A program made the position numbers and the translations under genes. Shown here piece by piece: positions 38,856 through 52,261 of a stretch of DNA of 64,000 bases. Below the pieces are notes generated by a model. The model was given only the letters and a program-made list of their open reading frames with translations. It was not told the origin of the DNA and did not search any database. Source of the DNA: Octopus sinensis (Eukaryota); contig NW_021833454.1 in assembly GCF_006345805.1 (NCBI RefSeq), positions 9,673-73,672 of the forward strand. The letters are read 5' to 3'. Position 1 is the first letter of the stretch. Each line of letters begins with the position of its first letter.

Positions 38856-39585
38856 TTGTTTTCTTGCTGTTTTAACTTCAAGTTGACCAATACCTTGTGA
38901 GTGGAATTTGGCGAACGGAATCTGGTCAGCCCGGCATCTTATGACAGGAAAGCTCCTTTCAAATTCAGGTAAAGTCCAAGCGACTCGCATCCAAACAGCT
39001 ACCGTCTGTCTAACTTCGCCGAAAAGGCATGGGTCCATCTGAAACTGTGCTAAAAGAAACTTTCCCAAGATGTCGACCAGATCTGAAGGTTCTAGCAGGG
39101 GCAAAGTAATGCTTCTACCTACGGTCCAAATATCCGGTTTGTAAATATAACAAATTCCCCAGTGGAAGAGCAAGCGCGTCGGATAGCGCGAATGCCGTAG
39201 CCGTAAGCGCCATTCGTTGTTGAGGGGCATGTTCGGAATTTCACTGGGAATACAGGTTCGAACGCGATCCCCGGTCCCGTGCATACACACTTTCGTTGTA
39301 TGGTTGGACTACAAGTGCCGTCTGTGACACCGTATTGTTTGGTCTTTATAGTTTAATGCGGAGAGATTACGGGTCCTGGCGGGGCTGATATATTAAATGA
39401 GGGATCTAATAATGTTGATACTGTGTTATTTGCAAGCCTATTATAAAAACTTTCTTTCCGTGACCATCCCACTCTACCCTGATCTCCAGAATCCCCTAAG
39501 TAGGCCTACATTAGCCAATGTTTCAATGCTATACTATACAGCAGAATGAATGTAAAGAATTTATCCAACACTGTATACACACACA

Positions 39586-39638
<53 letters not shown>

Positions 39639-40079
39639 CGAAAGAAGGTTTGAAAATGCAATTTAAAAGATGTTTATTTACTTTACCGGTTTCACTCTTT
39701 GGAAAAAGATTGTCAAAAGTAACATGTGGAGATTTGGTTGTGTTAATTATTGGTTGTTGCAAATTGCTACATTACATATATATATACAGTCTTTGGTAAC
39801 AGGGACATGTTAAGGACATGAAAAAGTTCAACAAGTTCCTTAAAATATGGGGCAAAAAAGATTACATAAATAATCGTTCTCAAGATAGTTTCCAGAAGGA
39901 ATTGATATTGGTACTGTATCTGTATATTCAAACATGCACAGAATATTGGTTGACACAGAGTACTATAATCCATATAAATATACAGTCTTTGGTGACAACA
40001 GTATGTTGAGAATATAAAAAAGTTTAACAAGCTCATTGAAGTAATGGGCAGAAAAGATTAAAACAAATATATTTATATG

Positions 40080-40215
40080 TATTAGTATAACGCTCAGGAA
40101 TGGAAAAAGTCTTTTACGTTTCGAGCCTACGCTCTTCTACAGAAAGGGACACAGAAAAAAAACAAGGAGAGAAAAAATGTGTGTAGTGGCTAACGATCTA
40201 TCATGGCGACTGATA
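40080..40215 (-). ncRNA. PLE-LTR-like fragment, same CUGUAGA hammerhead family as 31484
   Basis: 40111-40146 is the reverse complement of 31484-31519. Confidence 0.65.
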
Positions 40216-41999
40216 TATATATACGCAGTCGCATATACCCTGTCTTTATATATACAACGTCTTTGCAGGTGGAAAAACAGGTGAGATTAATCTGGTTAGA
40301 AATGCCGTGTTGGCATTTCACCAGTTTTCCCCGTAACAATCCGCGGCGATACTCTTTTTAAAGTCAATTTTACTAACAGTTTCACTAAACCAGAATTGAC
40401 CGATTTGCGTAGATAACGCATTCTTAGCAGCTAGTTGGTTTAATAAACTACTGCAGCATTAACGATGTTTATTTCCATGTGTCTGACCATCTCTAAAAAG
40501 ACAGAATGCGATTTCAGGGTGATTTAGCTGCTATGTCTTGCAAATCCAGTGCCAACATAGAGGCTGTCTTGTTGGTTCATAATAGCAGTGGTGGTCATGG
40601 TTGTGGCTGCTGTTGTTGTTGTTGTTGTTATTCCTGTTATTACTGTTGATATAGCTTTATTGCTATTGTTGTTGATACTGTTGTTGTAGCAATTGTTGCT
40701 GTTTTTGTGATTATTTTTGTTGTTGTTATTGTTACTGTTGTTGTTGTTGTTGTTGTTGTTATTGTTGTACCAGAAAACTCTAATAAAGCCAATTTTTCAG
40801 AAAGTGTCATGAAATTAATGTTATTTTAGAATTAGCAAAGCTTTCATTCATTGTCTCTCTCTGTCTTACTTTCTTCTTTCTTTCTTTCTCTTTTTCTTTC
40901 TTTTTTTCTCTTTCTTTCATTAACTCACCTTTCAATTCACCAATATTTCTCTACTTCAGCCCCATCCGTTTTCTCAAATGTACTCAGGCACACACACACA
41001 CACACATGCTCACACGCCAACATACAAATGTGTAATCACACACAACATACACACTAACACACAACCATATGCACAACAATCTACACGTCCACAAACACAT
41101 TGTCCAACACACAGTCACAGCACGCAGGAACAAATACACACACTCACACGCATACACGCACACAGAGAAACACATGTTCACCAATCCGATACAACCACCA
41201 CCACCACCACCACTACCACAGCCACCACCACCGCCGCCGCGACCACCACTACCACCACAACCACCAATACCACCACCACCACCACCACCACCACCAAATA
41301 GGCAGCGAACTTGGCGGAATCGTTAGAAAGCTGTACAGAGTTCGCGGTATTTGTTCCAACTTTGCGATCTAAGTTCAAATCTAGCAGAAGTCAATTTCTC
41401 GTTCAACCTTTCGCGGATGGCGAATAAAATATCTGGCAATTCCCGTAATGGTCTACTTGGATGGTAGACTCACTCCACCACCTACATGAACACCGCCACC
41501 TGGCGACCTTTTCAGTACCTTTAATGGAGTCCACTCTGAATAAAGCATTCAGGCCATATCTCCAGTCAAAGGATACCAGTGTTGTTGCTGCTGCTGCTGT
41601 TGTTTTTGTTGTTGGTGGTGATGGTGGTGGCGGTGTTGGTAGTGGTGTTGGTTGATAATAGTTTAATAGTAGCACCGGTTTTGGTGATGCTGCTGTTTGT
41701 TGTTCTTCCTGATTTAGCGATATCATAAATACTTTATTTTCTTGAAAATAGATAGCAGAGATTTCATATTATGTCAACAAGTCGAGATGAGCTATAGTTA
41801 TTTCCGCATTTATGAGTGTGGACTGGTTTACGGTATCATCTTTAGGAACCGGAGTAGTTGACATTTAGTCCTTCTTTAAGTTCAAGGTTCAAATTCCGCC
41901 AAGGTCGACTTTGCCTCTCATCCTTTCGGGGTCGATAAAGTAAGTACCAGCTGAACACTGGTGTTGATGTAATTGACCCACCAAAATTTCAGGACTTGG

Positions 42000-43185
42000 G
42001 CCTATTGTAGAAATGATTATAAGTATTTTTCTGTCATTTATAAAATATTTTATCTTATGATATTAATCTGTAGTGCATAGTTGACATTGCCTTGTTCAAT
42101 TTTCGTAGGAGTGTCGTGTTTAATAAATCATCAAAGAATATCAAAATGATCATATCGTTCTTTCAAGTCCCATACATATCTGGTGAATGTTGTAGCGCTC
42201 CTCTTTCCCTTGTACTTGAATTTAGATTTATGTTTGAGTAAACAGTTTTTAAAGGTGCATTTGTTCATATCAATATAAATGGAAGCGATCTGCCCGCGAT
42301 TTCAACTTTGTTTCACTGAAATTTGCTTTTGTTGAATATGATTTATTAAGGTGGTAGCTCTTTTTTTCGTTTGCATCAACACTCAAGTTTGATGTTATTC
42401 AGAGTTGACACAACTTTACCTTTGTTACATAATTTATGATTGCATGGAAAATGGCTTTCAAAAACGCCGGACCATTTGCCAGTCATTCTTAATTGTAAAA
42501 TTTTTATTGAGGGAAAGGTAGTTTCTGTTTGTTATTTGCTGCGTATGCATGGCTAATAAATTGCTTTGCCTTTAAATCCGCTCCTCTTTGTAGCATTATG
42601 ATGATAATGTCAGCTTTATTGAATGTTGCTACATCTGAGAAGGCGTTATTTTTCTACATATATTGCTAGCTTATTTTTTCAATGTATCTGCATGAGTTTT
42701 CATTACTTTTTTTTTCATCTGGTTGATATCTACAGCTCTCTAGGTTTAATGTTATGTCTAGAAAATTTTCACTGCCAGTAATTGAAACATTAAATCAAAT
42801 GTGGAAAAAATATCTATGTATCTCGCTATCTAATGCACTACTACATAGTTCAAGGTTGCAAAGCCATCATCTCTGTACAGTCACATGTCTGGTGTTTTCA
42901 ATTTTGGTGTTTCTAAAAAGCATAATGTATAAGAGAACCAGCTCAAATAACGCGCCCCAGTCGTAGCCATCCAGTTTGGAATCAAATAAGACCAGTGTTT
43001 TTCACAAACATTGAATCGTTGTTGAAAACCAGAAATTTTATAGCGTTCGTTATTATTTTAACATCATTTCTATTAATGATGGCACACATCCTTCCGTATT
43101 CCAATTCCTCTGTGAGAAACGGTTTGGCAATTAACGAGTAGCACTCGGCAATGTCGAACGGGGTGAAATCTTATCTAGTTTTGCT
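42000..43185 (-). pseudogene. Decayed Penelope-like element ORF (RT + GIY-YIG region), Naiad/Neptune-like
   Basis: Minus-strand motifs in order: FDIAECYS (43158), FDSKLDGYDWGALFELVLLYI (cf. FDVTMGSYDGAEVCELVGLYI), LYRDDGFA (42863-80), NFLDITLNL, SHFPCNHKL, RYVWDLK and RQCQLC. Many frameshifts. Confidence 0.8.
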
Positions 43186-44150
43186 TTTTGATAAGAGTCT
43201 GATGAAACAGTGCGGTGAAAGTGCTGAATGTAGGTGAAACAATAAGTAAGGTGTAATGTTTTACTGTAGGTGGTGGTTGTGGTGGCGGCGGTGGTGGTGT
43301 AGGTGATACAATGCAGAGGGTGACTGTAGGCGGAGTAAAGTAGATGCTGCCAAAATCTTGTTAAATTGACAGAATATAAAAAAGACAACAAAAGTAAAAA
43401 ACCTAATGACTTCAGATTTTTTTTTCTTTCTTGGCAATGTGGAAACATTTAACCTAATTTTCTTTCGTGTTTGTTGCTGTTGTTGTTGCTGTTGTTGCTG
43501 CTGTTCTTGTTGCTCTGTTTATTATTATTATTTTTTGTATTTTGTGGTTTTTATTGTTACCGTGGTACTACTGTCGTTGCTGCTTTTGTTGTTGTTGTTG
43601 TTGTGTCTGATACTTTTGTGCTTTTCTTATGTTGTTGTGTCTGTTGTTTTTGTTTTATTGTTGTTGTTCTTGTTCGTGTTGTCACTGTCGTTGTTGCTGT
43701 TGTTGTTTGTTTTATTGTTGTTTTTGTTGATTACTCTGCTGTTTTCGTTTATTTTGTTGTTGTTGTTGTTGTCGCAAAAGAAGACAAGACACAACACACA
43801 CCAATTTGTTTAATGTTTCATGGATAAATCCTGATGTTGTGGCATTCACACCTTTCCCTAAACTATTTCCCACGCAAGAGAAACGAAACTTCCTCGATGG
43901 TGGATCGAACCCAGGTTGCGGATTCAGCTTGCCAATATCTAACTTCACAACTTATACACTCAGTTCTAATAAATGATGCTATTGTTAGCCTTATTTCTAT
44001 TTTTCTAAGGCAGAGAGCTGGCAGAACAGTTAACGCGTCGGAGAATGTTACTAACAAGCATTTCTTCTTGTTCTGAGTTCAAATCCCGTCGAAGTCGGCT
44101 TTACCTTTGTTGCTTCTGGATTTTTTTTTTTTGATCGATACAATAAATAC

Positions 44151-44553
44151 CTATTTCTTTACTACCCACAAGGGGCTAAACACAGAGACAAACAAACGGA
44201 TTAAGTCGATCATATTGACTCCAGTGCGTAACTGGTATTTATTTAATCGATCCCGAAAGGATGAAAGGCAAAGTCAACCTCGGCGGAATTTGAACTCAGA
44301 ACGTAGCAGCAGACAAAATATCTATTTCTTTACTACCCACAAGGGGCTAAACACAGAGAGGACGAACAAGGACAGACAAACGGATTAAGTCGATTATATC
44401 GACCCCAGTGCGTAACTGGTATTTATTTAATCGACCCCGAAACGATGAAAGGCAAAGTCGACCTCGGCGGAATTTGAACTCAGAACGTAGCAGCAGACAA
44501 AATACCGCTTGGCATTTCGCCCGGCGTGCTAACGTTTCTGCCAGCTCGCCGCC
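44151..44553 (-). mobile_element. SINE family B' dimer nested in an oppositely oriented family-B SINE (44010-44630)
   Basis: Units start at 44151 and 44322, with the head at 44506-44553. The host SINE continues on both sides (..AATAAATAC | CTGTTGAG..GGGGTCAATGTAATCGAC). Confidence 0.85.
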
Positions 44554-44634
44554 CTGTTGAGGGTTGGGGTCAATGTAATCGACTTACTCCCTTCCCCCTT
44601 AACATCGCTGGGTTTGTACCTAAATTTGGAAGTT

Positions 44635-44775
44635 ATTATTTTGCAAAGGAAAGTGAGGGTGGAGAAAGAGGTGCAGTGCTCGAGTAAATTTATTGAAAGG
44701 TGGGTCAAAGCTGCGAAAAAGGCAAGAATGAATGGTACTGCTCTAAGAATGGGTCTGTGAATCGGAGAAAAGGAA
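44635..44775 (+). mobile_element. LINE ORF2 C-terminal fragment (Tx1/L1-like)
   Basis: LQRKVRVEKEVQCSSKFIERWVKAAKKARMNGTALRMGL* is homologous to 50960-51060. The clade call is tentative. Confidence 0.5.
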
Positions 44776-45031
44776 ATATATATAAATTTATATATATTTT
44801 GATGGCAAAATTCTTGTAGAAAATGTCTTGCGTTATTTATTCCGTTGCGTCATGTTCTGATTTCTCCGAGGTCCACTTCCATTTTCCTTCATCCAGATAA
44901 AATAAAATACTCTTCATGTATTAGAGGCAATGCGAACGATGAAGGCCCCTCACCTCAAAATTCTTGCCTACATCTGAAAGTATCCATACTGTTGCTCATG
45001 TTGTGATGGTGAGTTGTCAGAGTTGCTTGAG

Positions 45032-45071
<40 letters not shown>

Positions 45072-45665
45072 CGGCTCTTTACGTTCCGAGTTCAAATTCC
45101 ACCGTGGTCAACCTCAATCCCCACCACCTCAGCCCCCAAATCGATCTAACAAAGGATCTGTCAAGTACTGCAATCGACGGTATCGACAAGCCCCCCCCCC
45201 CACCTAAAACTACTGACCTTCGACCTAAATCAGAAGCAATTGCTGTTGTTTTAGATGTTTAACACTTGTGCAGGTGTGATCGAATTCACCTATGGCCAAC
45301 AACATTTCAACCATGCCCACTCCATCTTTTGACAAACTATGAGCCCTAGGACAGTATCTGAGTGGTAATCCAGCATGGCCGCTATCCGTTGACAGAAAGC
45401 AAAAATGTAATAAATCAAAAAACAAAAAAAAACTATATATTTGACCATGTTATTATATGATAAATCTTAAAATGCAGTTTGTCTTAGTGTTCGTGAAAAC
45501 ATTTGATCATACATTTGGTCATAGATTTCATGATATGTCATATCTACGCTGAGTATTAAACTGGTCTGCATAGAGTAGTCATTTAACCTCCCAACCTCCG
45601 AGAGTAAATTCTCCAATCGACCAATATTATCACCATTGCTGCTACTGCTGCGACTGCTGTTGCTG

Positions 45666-45735
<70 letters not shown>

Positions 45736-45876
45736 AATAACGATTCAATTAGTATCACACACATACATGTATATATATAAATAAAATTACTATAAATATG
45801 TGCGTATGTATGTATCTGTATATGCGTGTGTATGTATGCAAGCATATCTGTATATACATATATATATATATGTATG

Positions 45877-45943
<67 letters not shown>

Positions 45944-45959
45944 TATATATAATATATAT

Positions 45960-45993
<34 letters not shown>

Positions 45994-48709
45994 AATATTA
46001 TATATATATTATATATATATATATACATATACATATGCATACACACATGCTTATATGCTAACATACATACATACATACATAAATAAATACACACATATAT
46101 ACATAACATGCATATGTATACGTATCCACAACACAGATATGCGTATATCAATGCATATGTCCGTATGCATGCATGTTTTTATGTGTGTGTATCTGATTGT
46201 GCATGTATGTATTTACAGCTATATATAATCAAACACACACACACTCACTTTCACACACACTTGTATATAAAATCATTATTAACACAGACACACGGAGATG
46301 AAAATACATTGACATACACATCTAAACACACATCTAAACACACAGACCACTCGTTAGTGCCCAATGTCCAGCACCACCACCGCTGCCACCACTACTGCCC
46401 CCACTACTACCAACACCACTTCTACTACTACTTCTTCCACCACCACCTCCATCACTGCAACTACCACCACCACCACCATCATCACCACTACTACTACTAC
46501 TACTACTAGCCCACACCAAACTGACCAGTGTCAATCAACCCTAATCCTCCAACAAGATCCAACCTGTCTGTCCAGTGTAAATATTTGTCGTCAACTATTG
46601 ATGGCTTGGTCTTAGTAGTTGCCCTTATTAGCTGAGAGGTCAGTCTATTTATGCCGACAAGAATCATAAACTATAGGCTCTCAACCATACCCTACTGTTG
46701 TTCAAACTATAGGCTATAATTCATCCCCTGCTACAGTTGGAAATATAGGCTATCGCCATACTCGCTGCTATTAAAACTATAAGTGAAAGGTCATCTTATG
46801 CTCAGGCTATCTACTACCAATGTCTCAGCTAGGGGCCCTCTTCTGCTGTTGTCAACACTAAAGAATACATACCATTTTCTACAGACAGAAATTTCTGCTG
46901 TTTTTGAAATTATATTCTCTGTTGTTGTTCAAGAGAGAAGCCATGTCATTCTCTCTCGTTGTTCATCCTATTAGCCATGGACTATATTAGCTGTTGTCAA
47001 AATGATAGACTATTGGTCATTGCATGCCATTGTTAAGCCTACAGACCGTGAATCATTCCCCGCTTTTGTCCTGCCTACTGCTATCGAACTTTCCCTGCTC
47101 TTATTCAGGCAATACGTTATGGGTCCTCTTGTTGAAACTATAAACTAAATCCAGTTTCCTGTTGTTTTTCAGTTCCTAGCCTATGAAGGCCACTGTCTGA
47201 TGTCCTCCATAACATAGACCAGTGGTACTTGGTTTGAGCAGTAGCAACAACCTTGGGCGAGTTGTGAACTAACAAGATCGCGTTATGTGACTCCTAGATG
47301 TTTAGAGAAGTCAAAGAAAATATTTCAAACAAATACAAAACTTCAGTTTTAAACACATTTTCAAATAATAAAGAAAAAATGTGAGAGAGAAAAACCTTTG
47401 TTAGGGTTAAAGTATGAAAAAAAGATATTGAGTTATCAGTGAGTAGAAAAGAGTATGAGAAGTGTCGACAAGGTCCGTGTGGTTTCCTTATGTAAGTCCT
47501 CGCCTTGCTTTTAGTAATTGCAATAAAAATTTAATGGAATGGGGCAACAGTGCAGTCCATGAAAACATTTAAAAAAAACAACAGGAAGTAAGAAAGGACA
47601 TGCCGGATGAGACAGAAGAAAATTATGAAGGAAACACGGACCCTAAATATCAGCTCAAAATTAGTTGCTCTTTCATAAAAATAATCTGTCTTTCTGTCTG
47701 TCTGTCTCTATACATGCCTCTCTTTGTTTACATCTCTCTCTCTTTCTCCCCCACCACCTCTCCGCAAAACATGGGATGGGTGCGGGTGGCATTTTTACAA
47801 TGCTAGTCTGTTGCAAATGGTAGTGGTGAACGACAAAAGGTTGAGAACCACCGCTATAGGATATTGGTAAATCTCTGTTCTTCAAACGGTGTGCAACGAC
47901 GCAGCTGGAGAGTGTGCCGCCGCCTAGGGCAGCCCTTGAGTTCTCCGTCACCCCTGCAAACCTAAAATGCCACTTAGGCGGACCTACCTCATCGCTCCAC
48001 CACCAAACTTTGGTCACGCTACTAATGCTATGAGCCACTCATTGCAACACTTCATAGAGCAAATGTTGGGTTAATCCTTTCTGTTAATATTCCAGCCTAA
48101 ACACGATTCTTCGATGTCTTCCACGACATAAGCAATAAAAAGTTCCTTGGCTGTTGGTCATACTGCCAGCTATGAAGCAATCCTAGATATTCTTCAGACT
48201 CTAAACCGGATTTAGACATGGTGTACCACGAAACTATGTAAGGCCTGGAAACCCCTTGTTTAAAAATATATATTCCCTGTCTGGATTTAGATTGCAAGAC
48301 TCTTGATGTGGACTTGTGTGTTGAAAGAGATTTTGTTCTATCTTGAGAGGGTCATTATGCCAATAATGAACACACGCACTGGTCCTGTCTCACTTCTATT
48401 TTTATTAGTCAACTAGTTAACTATTTAAACAATTAACTTATTGATTAATCATTCGGTTAATCAATCAGTCAGTTAACTTTGTCAAAGTCGTCGACGAACA
48501 GACAGACCAGAAGCTGACCTGAAGTAGAGACGGTATGTGATTATTGAGGTCGCGAATTTGCGCAGCTGCAATTGCGACGTGTCTAATACGCTTGTGTGTC
48601 TTTTGTGCCATTAGAAAACGCTTGGTTGGAATGATATCAGTGATATATTATAGGTGTATAGCATAACTATGAAACAACAACAGTGATATAACTCAGACGT
48701 GCAAGACGG

Positions 48710-49080
48710 CGAGCTGGCAAAATGGTTATCACGCCGACAAAATGCTTCGCGGTATTTCATGTCTTAACGCTCTGAGTTCAAACTCTGCCGAAGTCGATTT
48801 TGTTTTTCAACCCTTTCAGAGTCGACCAACACGCCCCACCACCCCGAAATTTCTGGCATTGTGCCAAAACTTGAAATCCATATTACTTTTCAATAAGGCG
48901 TTGGCGAAGTAGAATCGGTAGCATGCCGGACAAAATGCTTAGCCAAGGTCGACTTTGCCTTTCATTCTTTCGGTGTTAATAAAATAAGTACCCGCTGAGC
49001 AAACTGGGGTCGATTCAATCAACCTGCACCCCCGTCTCTCGGAATAGCTGTCCTTGTGCTAACATTTGAAACCGATATTT
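48710..49080 (+). mobile_element. Two adjacent family-B SINE copies
   Basis: Heads GGCGAGCTGGC.. at ~48710 and ~48897, with GTCGACTTTGCCTTTCAT bodies. Confidence 0.7.
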
Positions 49081-49694
49081 CTCCGATGTGTATTGTGGCC
49101 ATGAAAGTATAATCGGTTTTTGAAGTGGGTTTTTTTTTTTATAATAGAAAGCAGTTTATAACAAATAAAAAGTAAATACAAAAGTACGAAAAAACTATTG
49201 AAAATAAGATTAAGAAATTAATCTTAATTAACTTCATTTATATTTATAATTAAAATCATTCTCTGACCTAATTTGTGCAGACATTCTGTTATATAGGTTT
49301 ACGCATGGCTGTTTGATTAGGAATTATAGTTCGTAAAGATGAAGTCTTAGGATCGACCCCACTCGGCGGAACATGGAGCAATTTTCTTGTTTTATGGTTT
49401 CGGATTAACCAAAACTTGTACGTATCTTATGCATGCGTGTATAAGTGTCTATGCACGTACGTATGTGTGTGTGTCTGTGTGTGAAAGGATAGATGGCTGG
49501 ATGCATATCGTTATATATATATATACCCTGGGCCAGGAATACTAAAACAAAAGATAAGTCCTCCGAAAAGGAGAACCAAATTTCACCACGGCCGCTACTT
49601 CAAACAGACACTCACTCTGACGGAAAAAAGGAAAAAAATTCTTTCGTGCAAATCTGACCCTGATACATACGATACAGCTAAGGGTCAAACCCGA

Positions 49695-50240
49695 TTCTGA
49701 TTGGTCAACAAGTTGATGACGTCTAGCTCTGCTAGAATGGACAGGATACAAACAGGGGACAGTCATTAGTCAGAATATTGATGACGTCCTTTTCTGCTTG
49801 AATAGTCACCTAACAAGTACAGACAGGGGGAAGATCTAATGTAGCTATAAGTCGTGATTGGGCAGAATCTGGATGACGTCCCGCTCTGCTTGACTAACGA
49901 CGAAGCGACTGGTCAAAACAGGAAACAAACAAGAGGCAGATATATGCAGCGAGTGGTCAAAATAATGATGACGTCCCGTTCTATTTGACTAACGAAGCGA
50001 CTGGTCAAAACAGGAAACAAACAAGAGGGAGTTATAATGCAGCGATTGGTCAAAATAATGATGACGTCCCGTTCTACTTGATTAAAGCTACCTAACGAAA
50101 CGATTGGTCAAAACATTGATGACGTCACGCTACGCTAGATTGACCACCTAACAGGCATTATAAAACGAGCATTTCACAAAAACTCACTAGAACCACCCAG
50201 CGAACTTCCACCATGGGTCATCACAATTGCTTAAGGTAAA
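49695..50240 (+). promoter_or_regulatory. Array of six ATTGG-N12-TGACGTC modules followed by a TATA box, Kozak ATG and splice donor
   Basis: TGACGTC at ~49717, 49782, 49874, 49969, 50062 and 50120, each 12 nt after an ATTGG-like motif. TATAAAA at 50159, CCACCATGG at 50208-16, and AAG|GTAAAA at 50236. Confidence 0.6.
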
Positions 50241-50622
50241 AATGAATCCTCGCTCTTTCGGAAACATCAATCTTCTGTATTGACCGCTTTCCAACACTTT
50301 GATCGTTTTTGTATTGAATACGTATCGCCACCGTGGGCCACTGCATCGAACACTTTGAACATATACTTCAAACTATATATCAAATATACATGAACTATAT
50401 ATCAACTATACATGAACTCTAAGATGTCTGACTCCGTTGTGTATTATAAATGAATTTCTTGTGTTTGACGGCATGAGCTGTCTTTTTTTATATATAACTT
50501 TTTTTGATAAGGTTCATTTCAGGAACTGAAACATGTTATAATGTATATATAAAAATTAAAAATTGTATAATACAGCAGCATTTTCGAACTTCATTTTTTA
50601 CAAATATATATATATATATATA

Positions 50623-50685
<63 letters not shown>

Positions 50686-50789
50686 GTGTGTATGTATGTA
50701 TGTATGCATGTATGTATGTATGTATGTATGTTGCTAAGTTGTGGAGTTATGTCTGACACCCGTTGTCATTCGTGGGTCGGATCCAGCCA

Positions 50790-51190
50790 TAAGTTGAGTC
50801 CCTTGTGAAAACTGTCACTCCGCCATTTTGTAGCCTGAAAGGGCAGGCAGCTTTTATCTGTTGGGTGGCCTTGGCGAAAGAGGTGGTATGGTGGACCAGT
50901 TTGAAACGGCTGAAGACAGACACCTTCCCCTTTGCTCATGACCTCATCAATTAAGGATGGAGAAAGAAGTGCTGTTTCCCATCAAATTCGTTGAACGGTG
51001 GATGAGAGTGACAAACGTGGCCCAAGAGAATGAACTTATTCTCAGTAAGCACTTGTAGATTGAAAGATGATAGGAAAAAAAGGCACTCGTTTTAGTGGTC
51101 AGGGTGACCGTGGTTTTGTGGAGTTCCCACAAATAGCCTTCGAGATCATCCCTTTTTTGGTAAATTAGTCTATATTGTCCTCGCATGTCC
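50790..51190 (+). mobile_element. LINE 3' fragment (Tx1/L1-like)
   Basis: ..AFICWVALAKEVVWWTSLKRLKTDTF.. and MEKEVLFPIKFVERWMRVT..HL*, followed by a 3' UTR. Confidence 0.5.
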
Positions 51191-51369
51191 TTTGTGTTTT
51201 CGTCATTTCTTGATGGTTAATTACGAAAGTATTATTTTAAGATTGCTACAATAGTTAAAACGTTGAAAGGTTAAAGCCGTTCATGTTACCGTTTCAAGCT
51301 TCGCCCTTCAATTTTTCCGGAGTGGATTGAATAAAGTTCCAATCAAAATATCGCGTCTATAGTATTCTT

Positions 51370-51780
51370 TTCTACTCGAGGCACAAGGCCCGAAATTTTG
51401 GGGGTGGGTGCCAGTCGATTAGATCGACCCTAGTACGCAACTGGTATTTAATTTAACAACCCCCGAAAGGATGAAAGGCAAAGTTGACCTCGGCGGAATT
51501 TGAACTCAGAACGTAAAGACAGATGAAATACCGCTATCACCATCATCATCATCATCATCATTATTATTAAGACTGCGAGCTGGTAGAGTTGTTAGCATGC
51601 CGGGCAAATGTTTAGCGACATTTCGCCCGTCGTTACTTTCTGAGCTCAAAATTCCGCCCAGGTCAACTTTGCCTTTCGGGGTCGATAAAATAAGAAGCAG
51701 ATGAGCAACGGGGACGATGTAATCGACTTACCCTGCTCCCCGGAACTACTGGCCTTGTGCCAAAATTGGAAACCATCGTC
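51370..51780. mobile_element. Two family-B SINEs arranged head to head
   Basis: Minus copy at 51370-51535 and plus copy at 51572-51775. Confidence 0.75.
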
Positions 51781-52261
51781 GCCGTCGTCATCGTCGTTGT
51801 TTTTGTATCCAGCTGGAGACTACAAGTCATCGATTCAGTCACAATATTGCTTTAAGACTTCCACAAAATAATTACGAGACCAAACTAATCGACCGACCGC
51901 CATGACTGAAGGATAAGCTCAAACAATAATCCAGCCGATGTTTTCTTTTCTAAGTACTATTTACGTTGACGCCAGTTGTGAAAGCTGTGCTGTAAGTGTG
52001 GCGTGGTGTGTTGTGGTGGTAATTTGGCGATGCGGGTTCGGCTCAGAGTTCATCGTTTAATCCGGGGGGAAGAGACATACAGCAACTGACACTCCTTACA
52101 TACGTTCTCGGGTAGCAGAGTCGGGTGGGATCTTTTAGCTTGGACTTGCAGAAGTTTATTTTTGGAGGCAACATGTGAATATGTTCCTGGAGAGGAATTT
52201 CACTGACAGGGGTGAGGATTAGTGTGGAGAGAGGTGGGGTGTAAATTAAGTGGTTCAAAAG

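Noticed and set aside
38742-38860. Poly-N/poly-I protein tail in ORF 38742-39290
   Set aside because: It is translation of the (TAA)n array.
43198-43230. CTGATGA...GAAA match
   Set aside because: No convincing stem I, II or NUH. The matches at 20188, 27241 and 52540 were rejected for the same reason.
48097-48297. ORF containing GIYIFK...YIV, GIY-YIG-like
   Set aside because: The second motif lacks G and no downstream GIY-YIG residues are present. Likely chance.
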